64,000 nt of DNA. Origin: Candidatus Acetothermia bacterium (GTDB lineage: Bacteria; Bipolaricaulota; Bipolaricaulia; RBG-16-55-9). A program made the translations under genes and the position numbers. The stretch lies in assembly GCA_016201405.1 (NCBI GenBank), contig JACQCZ010000001.1, forward strand, positions 8,432 through 72,431, written 5' to 3'. The notes beneath the pieces are model-generated. The model saw only the letters and a list, made by a program, of their open reading frames with translations. It ran no database searches and was not told the origin of the DNA. Of the stretch, positions 1-8,500 are shown one piece after another; within the stretch, counting starts at the first letter, position 1; each line of letters opens with the position of its first letter.

Positions 1-1192
1 GCACTGTGGGCAGGTGGAGCAGCTTGGTCACAATGCGCCGACTCATCTGCTCAATCGCTTCACGATCCCGCTCCGGGAGCGAGCCTAGCTTCTGGAGCGT
101 CCGCTCGACCTCCTGGTGACGCACATCTTCGGCGTGATCACGAAGAGCTTTCACGGTAGGGAGAGATTCTAGTGAGCTTAGCCACGTTGTAAAACAAGAG
201 ACCTCGCCCTCGATAATTTTAAGGGCTTTGGGAACTTCTCGCTCACGCTTTTGGCGGTTCTTCTCGACAACAGCCGCAAGATCATCAAGATTGTAAAGAT
301 GTACCCCGACAATGGCCTGAACCTCTGGATCGATGTCTCGCGGCATAGCAATGTCCACAAAAAACAGAGGCATCTTTCTCGTAGCCATGACATCTTTGAC
401 TTGGTCAGTCTGAATGACATGATGGGGCGCAGCCGTGGAGCTGATCACAACATCGACTTTTCGCAACATCTCATGCAGTGATTCCCAAGCAACCGCTTCG
501 CCACTCATGGCTCGGGCCAGCTCTTGGGCACGCGAAAGGGTACGATTGATCATATAGAGTCTCTTGATGCCGCGCTTTCGCAGTAATCGGGCGGCAAGCT
601 CACTCATCTCTCCAGAGCCGATGATGAGCGCCAGTTTGTCATCCAGCCCTCCGAGAACCTGTTCTGCCAAGTCCACGGCAAGAGAGCTGATGGAGGTGGG
701 CATCTTTCCAATCTCTGTCTCTGTGCGGACCTGCTTGCCAACGTTAACCGCCATCTGAAAGAGTTTCGACAGAATCTTTCCAGTCGTGTTGGCTCCCAGC
801 GCTGCCCCGTACGCCTCGCGTACTTGCCCCAGGACCTGATTTTCGCCCAATGCAATCGCATCCAATGCCGAGGCTACACGAAAGAGATGCATGGCCATCT
901 CACCAGATTCATAGCATCGAAGCCTTGAATGGATCTCTTCAATTGGGATTCCATGGAACTCGCTCATGAAACGTGAAATCTCATCTTGGATGCCAGCTAG
1001 AGCCGTCTCTGAGGCCACGCCATAAATCTCCGTACGCTGGCAGGTGGAAAGAATGACGGCCTCATAAAGGCCGCACTCTCTTTGCAGTCGCTCAAGAGCC
1101 GATGAAAGCACAGAAGATGCGAACGAGACTCTCTCTAATAAACTGAGAGGCGCCTGATTCTCATGGCTGATCCCGACTGCAAAGGGCCTCAT
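1..1192 (-). CDS. hemA: Glutamyl-tRNA reductase HemA. 3' end runs off the window, so it is absent from the ORF track.
   Basis: My reverse-complement translation from the ATG at 1192 gives MRPFAVGISHENQ..., then TCQRTEIYG and the NADPH-binding LIIGSGEMSELAARLL motif. No stop codon occurs before position 1. Confidence 0.85.
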   Translation of the reverse strand, partial: MRPFAVGISHENQAPLSLLERVSFASSVLSSALERLQRECGLYEAVILSTCQRTEIYGVASETALAGIQDEISRFMSEFHGIPIEEIHSRLRCYESGEMAMHLFRVASALDAIALGENQVLGQVREAYGAALGANTTGKILSKLFQMAVNVGKQVRTETEIGKMPTSISSLAVDLAEQVLGGLDDKLALIIGSGEMSELAARLLRKRGIKRLYMINRTLSRAQELARAMSGEAVAWESLHEMLRKVDVVISSTAAPHHVIQTDQVKDVMATRKMPLFFVDIAMPRDIDPEVQAIVGVHLYNLDDLAAVVEKNRQKREREVPKALKIIEGEVSCFTTWLSSLESLPTVKALRDHAEDVRHQEVERTLQKLGSLPERDREAIEQMSRRIVTKLLHLPTV

Positions 1193-1776
1193 GATTTTAC
1201 CCTCAGTGCATGAAGTGCAAACTCTCCAATATAAGCACCTGTCTCTATGGGATCATATTCGCGATGAAAATGAGCCCGCTGAGAGATGGAGCGATTCACC
1301 ATACCCAGCACACAATCCGCTGATTTGTGCGCATCCGTCACACGAAACTCTTTCGATTGCATCCCATCCGAGATTATTTTTGTCAGCAGCGCATGGACCT
1401 GATCAAGATCCGACGCAAAGCGACGCATACTGATCGGGTCAAATTCCGTCTTCTCACGCACATAGAGTCCGGCATTGAGCAAATCTCGCGGGAAGGACTC
1501 TAAATAAACAGTAATAAATGACGTGAGCTTCTCGGCAGCAGATTGAGCGTTTTGGGAGATCAGCTCCAGTCTCTCCAGAAGAGATTTTAAGGTGACATGT
1601 TCGCGCGTCACAGCCTGAAAGAGTCCACGTTTGTCTCTAAAGTAGTAATAGACCATCGGCAGAGAGACTTGGGCTACGTTGCAGATCTCACGAACCGAGA
1701 CGTTGGCAAACCCCTTCTCTTTGAAGAGATGGGTGGCAACCTGGAGAATTCGCTCTCGAGATTGAGTCACGCTCAC
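1189..1776 (-). CDS. TetR/AcrR-family transcriptional regulator. GTG start. Its TGA stop overlaps the hemA ATG (ATGA).
   Basis: N-terminal helix-turn-helix signature RERILQVATHLFKEKGFANVSVREICNVAQVSLPMVYYYF. 195 aa. SD GGAGGTGAGG lies upstream of GTG 1776. Confidence 0.8.
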   Translation of the reverse strand: MSVTQSRERILQVATHLFKEKGFANVSVREICNVAQVSLPMVYYYFRDKRGLFQAVTREHVTLKSLLERLELISQNAQSAAEKLTSFITVYLESFPRDLLNAGLYVREKTEFDPISMRRFASDLDQVHALLTKIISDGMQSKEFRVTDAHKSADCVLGMVNRSISQRAHFHREYDPIETGAYIGEFALHALRVKS

Positions 1777-1794
1777 GCTTACCTCACCTCCTGT

Positions 1795-1808
1795 CTAACG
1801 CTCGTTAG
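1795..1808. promoter_or_regulatory. Inverted repeat CTAACG-CT-CGTTAG just upstream of the TetR gene SD. Candidate TetR autoregulatory operator.
   Basis: Perfect 6-2-6 inverted repeat read directly in the sequence, about 20 nt upstream of the GTG start on the minus strand. Confidence 0.3.
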
Positions 1809-1929
1809 ATGATATCCAATGGCCCAGCAGGGATCAATGACACAAATCAACGAGCCAGCCTGAGAATGGACTCTAAAACAGCAAGGGCCAGCGAACGACA
1901 CTCGCCAGCCCTTGCTCACGAATAACCTC

Positions 1930-3108
1930 TTAGAATGGAGCCGTTGAAGTGGGCTCGGTCAGCCCATCTTTGTAAAGATCACTGCGATAGGCAAAGAGAC
2001 CTGCGGTTGTGTGCAAGCTCTCTTGCTTTGGCATATAGACAGCAACCAATTCGGTCTTTGACGTTGCATATAATTCAATCCAAAGTGTGCCATCATCGCT
2101 CTCTTCTTTGAGGCGATAGCGTGTTGTAGATATTGTGCCACCTGGGCTCTCCAAGAAGGCCTGGTCAACGCTGACCAGGTGCATCTTGCCCACACGCAAG
2201 GCTTGTGGCGCCAAATCCGTAAGGAGAATTTGGTCTGCAGCAACTCCCTGATCAAGCTGCTTCACGATGACCCGATGGATCAACTCAAACTGGCTCATAG
2301 TGCTAAAGTCACTGAGCACCGGGTATCCTTGCAGATCCACTTGGCGTCTGAGATTCTCATCTTGGCCAGAGTGGATCATCATGGCCTTGTCCTTGGAAAT
2401 TTCAGCCTCAGCACGATTGCCCTGATAGACCAGATTGCCAGTGATGAGATAGGAGCTGGGCCGATAATCAGAAGTCATGCTCAGCTCTTGAGATGCCGTC
2501 TTTCCCGCACCCGAGCGCTCGACGGAATTTATAGTGGAAGAGAGGCGCAAGACATCATTCCCATCTTTCTCTAGAGTAAAATCCTCTTTGGCAATTGCTT
2601 GGTTGCCAAGCATCGTTCTGTACGTTCCTTGCTGCAAAAATTGCTTTCCAACAACCACATACCCATTCACAATCATTGCCCCTAGCTCACTCGGGTTTGT
2701 GAGAACGCCAGTAGCGCCTGGCGCGTGCCCCAATATCGTCCCCAAATAGACTCCAACGGCCAGAATTATCACCATGAGCATCGAGAAGGAGAAGGCTAGG
2801 CGCGGACGCAAAAAGAAGCGGCGCTCTTTGGCAGGCTTCTCTGTTAGGCGAGTCATCGGATGCTCTCCAGTTGCTGGGCGACCACGCACACTCTCCAGCG
2901 CCTCTTGGAGCAAGACCTCAGAGAGATCGGGGACCTCTTGGAGAACTGCCGATTGGAGCCCCTTCATCTCATCTATTTCGTTACGACAGGTTGTGCAGTC
3001 CTGGAGATGGCTTTGAACACGGACACGCTCATCCGCTCCCAATGTGCCATTCAAATACCAGGGGAGCAATTCCAAAATCTCCTGGTGCCCATTTGGCTCA
3101 TTCTTCAT
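1930..3108 (-). CDS. Anti-sigma factor: zf-HC2 domain, one TM helix, about 270-aa extracytoplasmic domain. Probable start at M8, giving an ATGA overlap with the sigma gene stop. The longest ORF reaches 3129.
   Basis: N-terminus LLPWYLNGTL...HLQDCTTCRNEIDEM is the zf-HC2 anti-sigma motif. A hydrophobic segment LAFSFSMLMVIILAVGVYLGTILG follows. It lies immediately downstream of the ECF sigma gene. Confidence 0.75.
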   Translation of the reverse strand: MKNEPNGHQEILELLPWYLNGTLGADERVRVQSHLQDCTTCRNEIDEMKGLQSAVLQEVPDLSEVLLQEALESVRGRPATGEHPMTRLTEKPAKERRFFLRPRLAFSFSMLMVIILAVGVYLGTILGHAPGATGVLTNPSELGAMIVNGYVVVGKQFLQQGTYRTMLGNQAIAKEDFTLEKDGNDVLRLSSTINSVERSGAGKTASQELSMTSDYRPSSYLITGNLVYQGNRAEAEISKDKAMMIHSGQDENLRRQVDLQGYPVLSDFSTMSQFELIHRVIVKQLDQGVAADQILLTDLAPQALRVGKMHLVSVDQAFLESPGGTISTTRYRLKEESDDGTLWIELYATSKTELVAVYMPKQESLHTTAGLFAYRSDLYKDGLTEPTSTAPF

Positions 3109-3698
3109 GCGCCCTTTGAGATCTGCCATAGCTCATCTCCTTTCATCCCTCGCTCAGCAAGGATCTCTTTCAGTCTCTGCTTGGCATAGAACATCCGGCT
3201 CTTCACCGTTCCAGCGTTTGTGTTCATGATCTCCGCAATCTCGTTATACGAAAGCCCCTGCTGGAAGGTGAGCTCAATCACCGTGCGGTGCTCTGCGGTG
3301 AGACCTTGGAGCGCCTGTCGCACTTCATTCATCAGATCCTCCCGTCCAACTTTGCGGCTTGCATCCGCTTGGGGATCCCCCGGAAGCTGCTCTGATTCAT
3401 GATCAGCCTCCGTAAGGAAGAGATCTTTTGCCTTACGCTCTTTGCGGCTCCATTCGAGCAACTTGCGATAGCCAATTCCCAGAATCCATGTCGATGCACG
3501 TGAGCTGCCATTGAACGTGGTCGCCCGGTTCCAGACGATGAGCATGGTCTCTTGAACCAGCTCCTGGGCGGCCTGGGCATCGCGGATGCGCTGTCGGAAG
3601 AAGGAATCCAGCCGCGGCTGATACCGCCTGTACAATTCCTCGAAGTCCGCCTCGCTGCCGCGGGCTACTCCCTCCAGCAGCCGGACATCCGGGTCCAT
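3105..3698 (-). CDS. ECF-type RNA polymerase sigma-70 family factor.
   Basis: Region 2 (LVQETMLIVWNRATTF) and region 4 (LSYNEIAEIMNTNAGTVKSRMFYAKQRLKEIL) signatures. 197 aa. Confidence 0.85.
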   Translation of the reverse strand: MDPDVRLLEGVARGSEADFEELYRRYQPRLDSFFRQRIRDAQAAQELVQETMLIVWNRATTFNGSSRASTWILGIGYRKLLEWSRKERKAKDLFLTEADHESEQLPGDPQADASRKVGREDLMNEVRQALQGLTAEHRTVIELTFQQGLSYNEIAEIMNTNAGTVKSRMFYAKQRLKEILAERGMKGDELWQISKGA

Positions 3699-3727
3699 CG
3701 GCTCCGCGCCTCCTTACCCACCTATTG

Positions 3728-3758
3728 AATGGCGTTATAAACCCACTTGGTTCAATTT
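3728..3758 (-). promoter_or_regulatory. Putative ECF-type promoter (GAACC, then about 15 nt, then CGCC) upstream of the sigma gene on the minus strand.
   Basis: Minus-strand sequence TTGAACCAAGTGGGTTTATAACGCCATT lies about 30 nt upstream of the SD and ATG of the sigma gene. It resembles the GAAC...CGT architecture of ECF promoters. Confidence 0.25.
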
Positions 3759-3780
3759 CCGCAGCCTTACAGCTAGGCTC

Positions 3781-4485
3781 TTATCCCCCGAAGATTACCA
3801 TAAATTGCAGACTGGGATAACCAAAGGCCTTCATCGGACCTCCGGGAACAGATTGTCCATCCACAAGCTGCCACTCTCCAATGCTGAGGTTTACGTTGTA
3901 TCCTGCACTCAGGCGCACACCCATGAAATCAAGCAACCGAATCTCGAGCGTTGCGAAGGGCTGCACGAACCCAAAATTGCGGTTCATCGAAAACTTGAGA
4001 GGTGGATTCTTGATAAAATCCTGAAAGCTGCCTTGAAAATCCTGGATGAGCCGAAGCTCCATGCTGCCAAATCCGATCAATCCACCGATGGAAAAATCTC
4101 CCAGATCCATCTCGCCCACGACATGATCAAACATGAATCCTTGCATGCTCATGGAGAAGATCACTCGGTTGAAGGCCATCTTGGTAGAGGTGGCTGGGAA
4201 GGTCCACTCTCCGGAAGTGGCCATTCCGCCCAGCCGAAAGTCAGCTCCGCCAAAGCCACCCCCGCCATACATCAGAAAGTACTGCTCATTCCCAAAGTTA
4301 AAGTCCCCTTGGATGTCCAGCGCGTCATTAAAACTCTTACTTAGCTCACTCAGATCGAGGAGAGCACCCACAGCAAATGGCCCCCCACCGCCACTGAACG
4401 CACCATCCGCAAGCAAAGTTGTCGGGGTGAGCAGCACCCAAGCGAGGACTCCCAAGACCATCGCCCCTCTCTTGACGGAAAACAT
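3781..4485 (-). CDS. Secreted Gly/Phe-rich hypothetical protein with signal peptide. Start chosen at the Met preceding the signal peptide.
   Basis: MFSVKRGAMVLGVLAWVLLTPTTLLA signal peptide. Gly-rich blocks GGGGPFAVGA and YGGGGFGGADFRLGG. Beta-rich composition. No recognisable family. Confidence 0.5.
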   Translation of the reverse strand: MFSVKRGAMVLGVLAWVLLTPTTLLADGAFSGGGGPFAVGALLDLSELSKSFNDALDIQGDFNFGNEQYFLMYGGGGFGGADFRLGGMATSGEWTFPATSTKMAFNRVIFSMSMQGFMFDHVVGEMDLGDFSIGGLIGFGSMELRLIQDFQGSFQDFIKNPPLKFSMNRNFGFVQPFATLEIRLLDFMGVRLSAGYNVNLSIGEWQLVDGQSVPGGPMKAFGYPSLQFMVIFGG

Positions 4486-4578
4486 TACGACACCACACTC
4501 CTTCAGCGATATCCGATTTCGTTGACTCATATCAGTTCATGTCTTTTTTTGTGGATAAGTTCAACCGATTTACAACTT

Positions 4579-5490
4579 TTACTTGACAATCTCGAGAAGA
4601 ATCCGGCCTAGCTCTGAAGAGATGCTCAAATGAGAATTTCCTTTTCCAAGTAGCAGCTTGATTTTCTGCCCAGGCCAGCCTGTCTCCCGCTCGGTCGGCG
4701 TTTTGGGGCAGTTCTCGATCCCCTGAACTGTAATATCTTTCAGTTTTGTCTCCCCTTCTACAAGCGCAGAATCCTTGCAAGACAACTGCACCGATATATC
4801 TCCAACCGAATTCGTGAGATCGCCTTCCTGGAAGGTTGTGTTTTGCAGCGCAATACCGCCCACGTGGCTCTGCACATGAAGATCTTTTAGCTTTGAATCT
4901 CGAATGATAATCGATTGCGCTCCCACGGCAGGATCATTCTGAATCCCAGCCTCCTGACTGACCTCAAGCTGACCCTCAAAATGGAAGACCTCGATGGAGC
5001 CTACCACTTGATCAATCTGAAGCCTTGCATCCTTTGGGACACGAATGGTGTACTCAATCAATCCAACGCGCTCTTCTGAAAAGGGAGGAGTCAATTTGAA
5101 GTGCTTGCCGATAGCATCAGAGGCATTACTGCTGATCCGAATCGAATCTTGATCAGCTTTAATGTCCACATCCAACTCATCGAGAGGAAGGTTGCGGACA
5201 CGCTTCGTCCATTCGATGCTGACAAAGGGGCCTCCCACGACAAAAGAAGACTGGTCAACGCCTTCGATAACTATTCTTCCAATAAAATTGTCAATAATTA
5301 TCTGTTGTCCTATGTATGGGATGTCCTGGGAATTTTTCTCTTGGTTGTCGAACTCTTTCAGATCGAGCGTGCTGAGCAGAATGGGGCGCGGGATGCAGCC
5401 TGTCGTTAGCACTAATAGCACCAAGAGAGCTAGAGCTGCAAAGAATCTCTTTGATCTTCTGATCTTCGTTCTCTTCTCTTTTTTTGTCAT
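4579..5490 (-). CDS. Lipoprotein with DUF4097-like beta-strand repeat (putative adhesin-type) domain.
   Basis: Basic N-terminus, then hydrophobic stretch and lipobox LTTGC. Repeated beta-strand segments such as VGSIEVFHFEGQLEV, VGGIALQNTTFQEGDLT and VGDISVQL. Confidence 0.55.
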   Translation of the reverse strand: MTKKEKRTKIRRSKRFFAALALLVLLVLTTGCIPRPILLSTLDLKEFDNQEKNSQDIPYIGQQIIIDNFIGRIVIEGVDQSSFVVGGPFVSIEWTKRVRNLPLDELDVDIKADQDSIRISSNASDAIGKHFKLTPPFSEERVGLIEYTIRVPKDARLQIDQVVGSIEVFHFEGQLEVSQEAGIQNDPAVGAQSIIIRDSKLKDLHVQSHVGGIALQNTTFQEGDLTNSVGDISVQLSCKDSALVEGETKLKDITVQGIENCPKTPTERETGWPGQKIKLLLGKGNSHLSISSELGRILLEIVK

Positions 5491-5607
5491 AAAGATTCTC
5501 TTCTGGCAGCCCGTGTCATTCTGGTCAGATTGCGCCGTCTATGCAAATTCATCATTCAAAACAACTGCCACTCTAGTAAATGAGGCATATGGCCCATTGG
5601 GTTCAGA

Positions 5608-7797
5608 TTAAAAGAGAAGGCTCTGTGGGTCTACATCAATCTTGGTCTGTACAGACGACTTCGAATTGCCCAGCAAGTCGGCCAAGATCTTGTTGGTGCT
5701 CGACAAATCTTTTGTTTTAATCACCAGTTGCCAGCGATACTCTCCACGTAAGCGATAGGGCAATCCCTGGAACGGGCCAAGTACTTCTAGCCCGTGAAGG
5801 GCAGCCTCCTGAAGAGCAGCAGCCAAATGTTCAGTCTGCTCTTTGGCTCTCTCTGCGCTACGATCTTCACTGACAATTTTGACCAGATGAGTAAAGGGCG
5901 GATACCCCAACGACTCGCGAAAGGCCAGCTCTTCTTGATAGAAACCGACATAATCTCCCCGGGCGGCCTTCTGAATGGCATAATGATTGGGGTGATTGGT
6001 TTGGATGATCACCTCGCCTGGCTTTAAACCTCTCCCAGCGCGGCCAATCGCCTGGCTGATCAGTTGAAATGTTCGCTCACCAGCCCGAAAATCGGGCAGG
6101 TTGAGCAGCGTGTCAGCCGAGAGAATTCCCACCAGCGTAAGGTTGGGAAAGTCCAACCCGAGTCCGATCATCTGCGTGCCTACCAGAATCTGAATCTCGC
6201 CCTTTCTAAAGGATTCCAGAATAGCCCCATGCTCGCCGCGTCTTACAGAGTCAGAGTCCATACGCACAATGCTCACATTTGGAAAGGCTTCGCGCAGAAT
6301 AAGCTCTGCCTGCTCAGTTCCAGCTCCAATAAATTTTAAATCTTGTGATTGACACTTTTGGCATCGCCCCACTGAATAAGAATGACCACAAAAGTGACAA
6401 TCGAGCCTCTGTTCACGCAAGTGATAGACAAGCGCAATCCCGCAGCGCGGGCACTTCTGTGCAGTGCGACAATCTTTGCAGAGAACACATCGTGAAAAGC
6501 CCCGCAAATTGAGCAGGAGCAGCACTTGCTCGCCTGCATGCAGCCGCTGCGTGATTGCTTGCTGCAAGCGAGGACTAAGCACATGCTCTTCTCTGCCTAA
6601 ATCCACAACTTTGACCAAAGGCTGTGAGCCAGTGATGACGCGCTCTTTCAGCTCTAGGCGCTGGATGCCGCCCTTTTGTGAGCGCCAGTATGTCTCAAGC
6701 GAAGGGGTTGCACTGCCTAAAATTACTACAGCCTTTGATATCTTAGCTCGCTGCAAGGCGACGTCCCGGGCGTGATAGCGCGGAGCCGGGTCATCTTGCT
6801 TGTAGGTCGGCTCATGCTCTTCGTCCATGATCATAAGCCCCAGACGCGCAAGAGGAGAGAAAAGCACCGAGCGAACGCCAATCACAACATCGACTTCAGC
6901 ATCGCGAATGCGCTCCCACTCATGCGAGCGCTCTGTGCTCGTAAGCTGGCTATGATAGACGGCCAGCCTCTCACCAAAACGCGAGCGAAAGCGGGCGATC
7001 AGTTGTGGTGTGAGCGAGATCTCAGGCACTGCCACAATCGCTTGCTTCCCCATCTCCAGGGCTTTGTGAACGGCTCGCAAGTAAATCTCCGTCTTGCCGC
7101 TGGCGTTGACTCCGTGGAGCAGAAAGGTCCCCTCGCTGCGGTCCAGTGCTTGTAGAATCGCTTCCAATGCTTCCCTTTGCTCCGCATTCAGCGCATACTG
7201 AAAAGGCCCCTCGTGATACGCACTCTTAACATTGTAAGATATTGGACGACGCACGATCGCGATAATCCCTTTCTGTTCCAGAGATTTGAGTGGGCTGTCT
7301 GAGAGGTGAAGCTCGGCAAGAAGCTCTCTTGCTGAAGGCTCGCTCTTTCGAGTCAAAAGGGCTTTGAGGAGATTGGCCTGACTCTTTGAGCTTGATGAGA
7401 GCTTTTCAATCCAGCGTAGCGTCTCTTCCAAATCTGTCTTTAGATGAATGATGTTTCGCATGCGCGCTTTGCGGCGTTGAAGTAGCGACGGAACGAGTGC
7501 CGGGAGAGCAATGCCCAGCGGGCAGAGATAATGTTCGCTTATCCAGTGAGCTAGCTGGAAGCCTGGTTCGTCTACAACAGGCTCTTCGTCGATGAGATTT
7601 TTAATAAAGGCAAGCCTGCCCTTGAAGGAGCTTTGCGGTTTTAAAGCAACGACAAAGCCCGTCAGCTCCTCATCGCGAAAGGGAATACGCACCCGCATTC
7701 CACGCTCAATTTGACTCTGGAAATGTTCAGGAATGCGATAATCAAAGGTCTTGTCGATATCCCGCGGGACGGCAATCTCAGCGATTGAGTTCTCCAT
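5608..7797 (-). CDS. priA: Primosomal protein N' (PriA replication-restart helicase).
   Basis: Walker A GVNASGKTEIYL. Helicase motifs. Cys-rich zinc-binding insertion CKDCRTAQKCPRCGIALVYH...CHFCGH. 729 aa. Confidence 0.9.
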   Translation of the reverse strand: MENSIAEIAVPRDIDKTFDYRIPEHFQSQIERGMRVRIPFRDEELTGFVVALKPQSSFKGRLAFIKNLIDEEPVVDEPGFQLAHWISEHYLCPLGIALPALVPSLLQRRKARMRNIIHLKTDLEETLRWIEKLSSSSKSQANLLKALLTRKSEPSARELLAELHLSDSPLKSLEQKGIIAIVRRPISYNVKSAYHEGPFQYALNAEQREALEAILQALDRSEGTFLLHGVNASGKTEIYLRAVHKALEMGKQAIVAVPEISLTPQLIARFRSRFGERLAVYHSQLTSTERSHEWERIRDAEVDVVIGVRSVLFSPLARLGLMIMDEEHEPTYKQDDPAPRYHARDVALQRAKISKAVVILGSATPSLETYWRSQKGGIQRLELKERVITGSQPLVKVVDLGREEHVLSPRLQQAITQRLHAGEQVLLLLNLRGFSRCVLCKDCRTAQKCPRCGIALVYHLREQRLDCHFCGHSYSVGRCQKCQSQDLKFIGAGTEQAELILREAFPNVSIVRMDSDSVRRGEHGAILESFRKGEIQILVGTQMIGLGLDFPNLTLVGILSADTLLNLPDFRAGERTFQLISQAIGRAGRGLKPGEVIIQTNHPNHYAIQKAARGDYVGFYQEELAFRESLGYPPFTHLVKIVSEDRSAERAKEQTEHLAAALQEAALHGLEVLGPFQGLPYRLRGEYRWQLVIKTKDLSSTNKILADLLGNSKSSVQTKIDVDPQSLLF

Positions 7798-7801
7798 GCA
7801 A

Positions 7802-8500
7802 TCACATCAAGCTGTTTACAAGAGCCCCATCTCGCAGATAGAGCACCCGGCCCGCACGCTCCGCGCCTGCCGAGTCATGGGTAGCCAAAACGACTGTCTT
7901 CCCCGATTGATGGAAGTTCGTAAGCAATTGAAGAATTGCAGACCCGGACTCTGAATCGAGATTTCCGGTCGGCTCGTCGGCTAAGAGAAGAGCAGGATCG
8001 GCAGCTAGAGCTCTGGCCAATGCAATCCGCTGCTGCTCGCCACCGGAGAGCGTTGGCGGCTTTTGTTCAGCTCTCTGACTCAATTCTACTTGGGTCAGCA
8101 GTTCAAGCGCACGCTCCCGCCTCTTCTTTTGTGAAACATGCGCCAGTAAAAGAGGCAGCTCTATGTTCTCCACTGCTGTGAGAGTGGGGACCAAATTGAA
8201 GGTTTGAAAGACAAATCCCACATTCTGGCCACGCCACATTGCCAATTCATTTCTCGCAAAGTTGAGCAGATCACGGCCTTGCCAGAGCACACGTCCGCCC
8301 GATGGCCAATCAAGCCCGCCCATCAGATGGAGCAGTGAGGATTTTCCAGAGCCTGATTTCCCCATCACCGCGACAAATTCACCCGAGCCAATCTTAAGAT
8401 CGATCTCCCGCAATGCTGTGATCGCTGTCTGACCCGTCGGATAGAGTTTAGAGACTCTTTCAAGGGTGAGAAGAGGAGTTTTGAGGCTTTTCGCCGTCAT
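7802..8500 (-). CDS. ABC transporter ATP-binding protein, LolD/MacB/FtsE-like.
   Basis: Walker [13 protein letters not shown] signature [14 protein letters not shown]. Walker [13 protein letters not shown]. 232 aa. Confidence 0.85.
   Translation of the reverse strand: MTAKSLKTPLLTLERVSKLYPTGQTAITALREIDLKIGSGEFVAVMGKSGSGKSSLLHLMGGLDWPSGGRVLWQGRDLLNFARNELAMWRGQNVGFVFQTFNLVPTLTAVENIELPLLLAHVSQKKRRERALELLTQVELSQRAEQKPPTLSGGEQQRIALARALAADPALLLADEPTGNLDSESGSAILQLLTNFHQSGKTVVLATHDSAGAERAGRVLYLRDGALVNSLM

Noticed and set aside
2179-3229. Several 60-130-aa plus-strand ORFs overlapping the anti-sigma and sigma genes.
   Set aside because: They overlap confidently assigned minus-strand genes and have no family resemblance.
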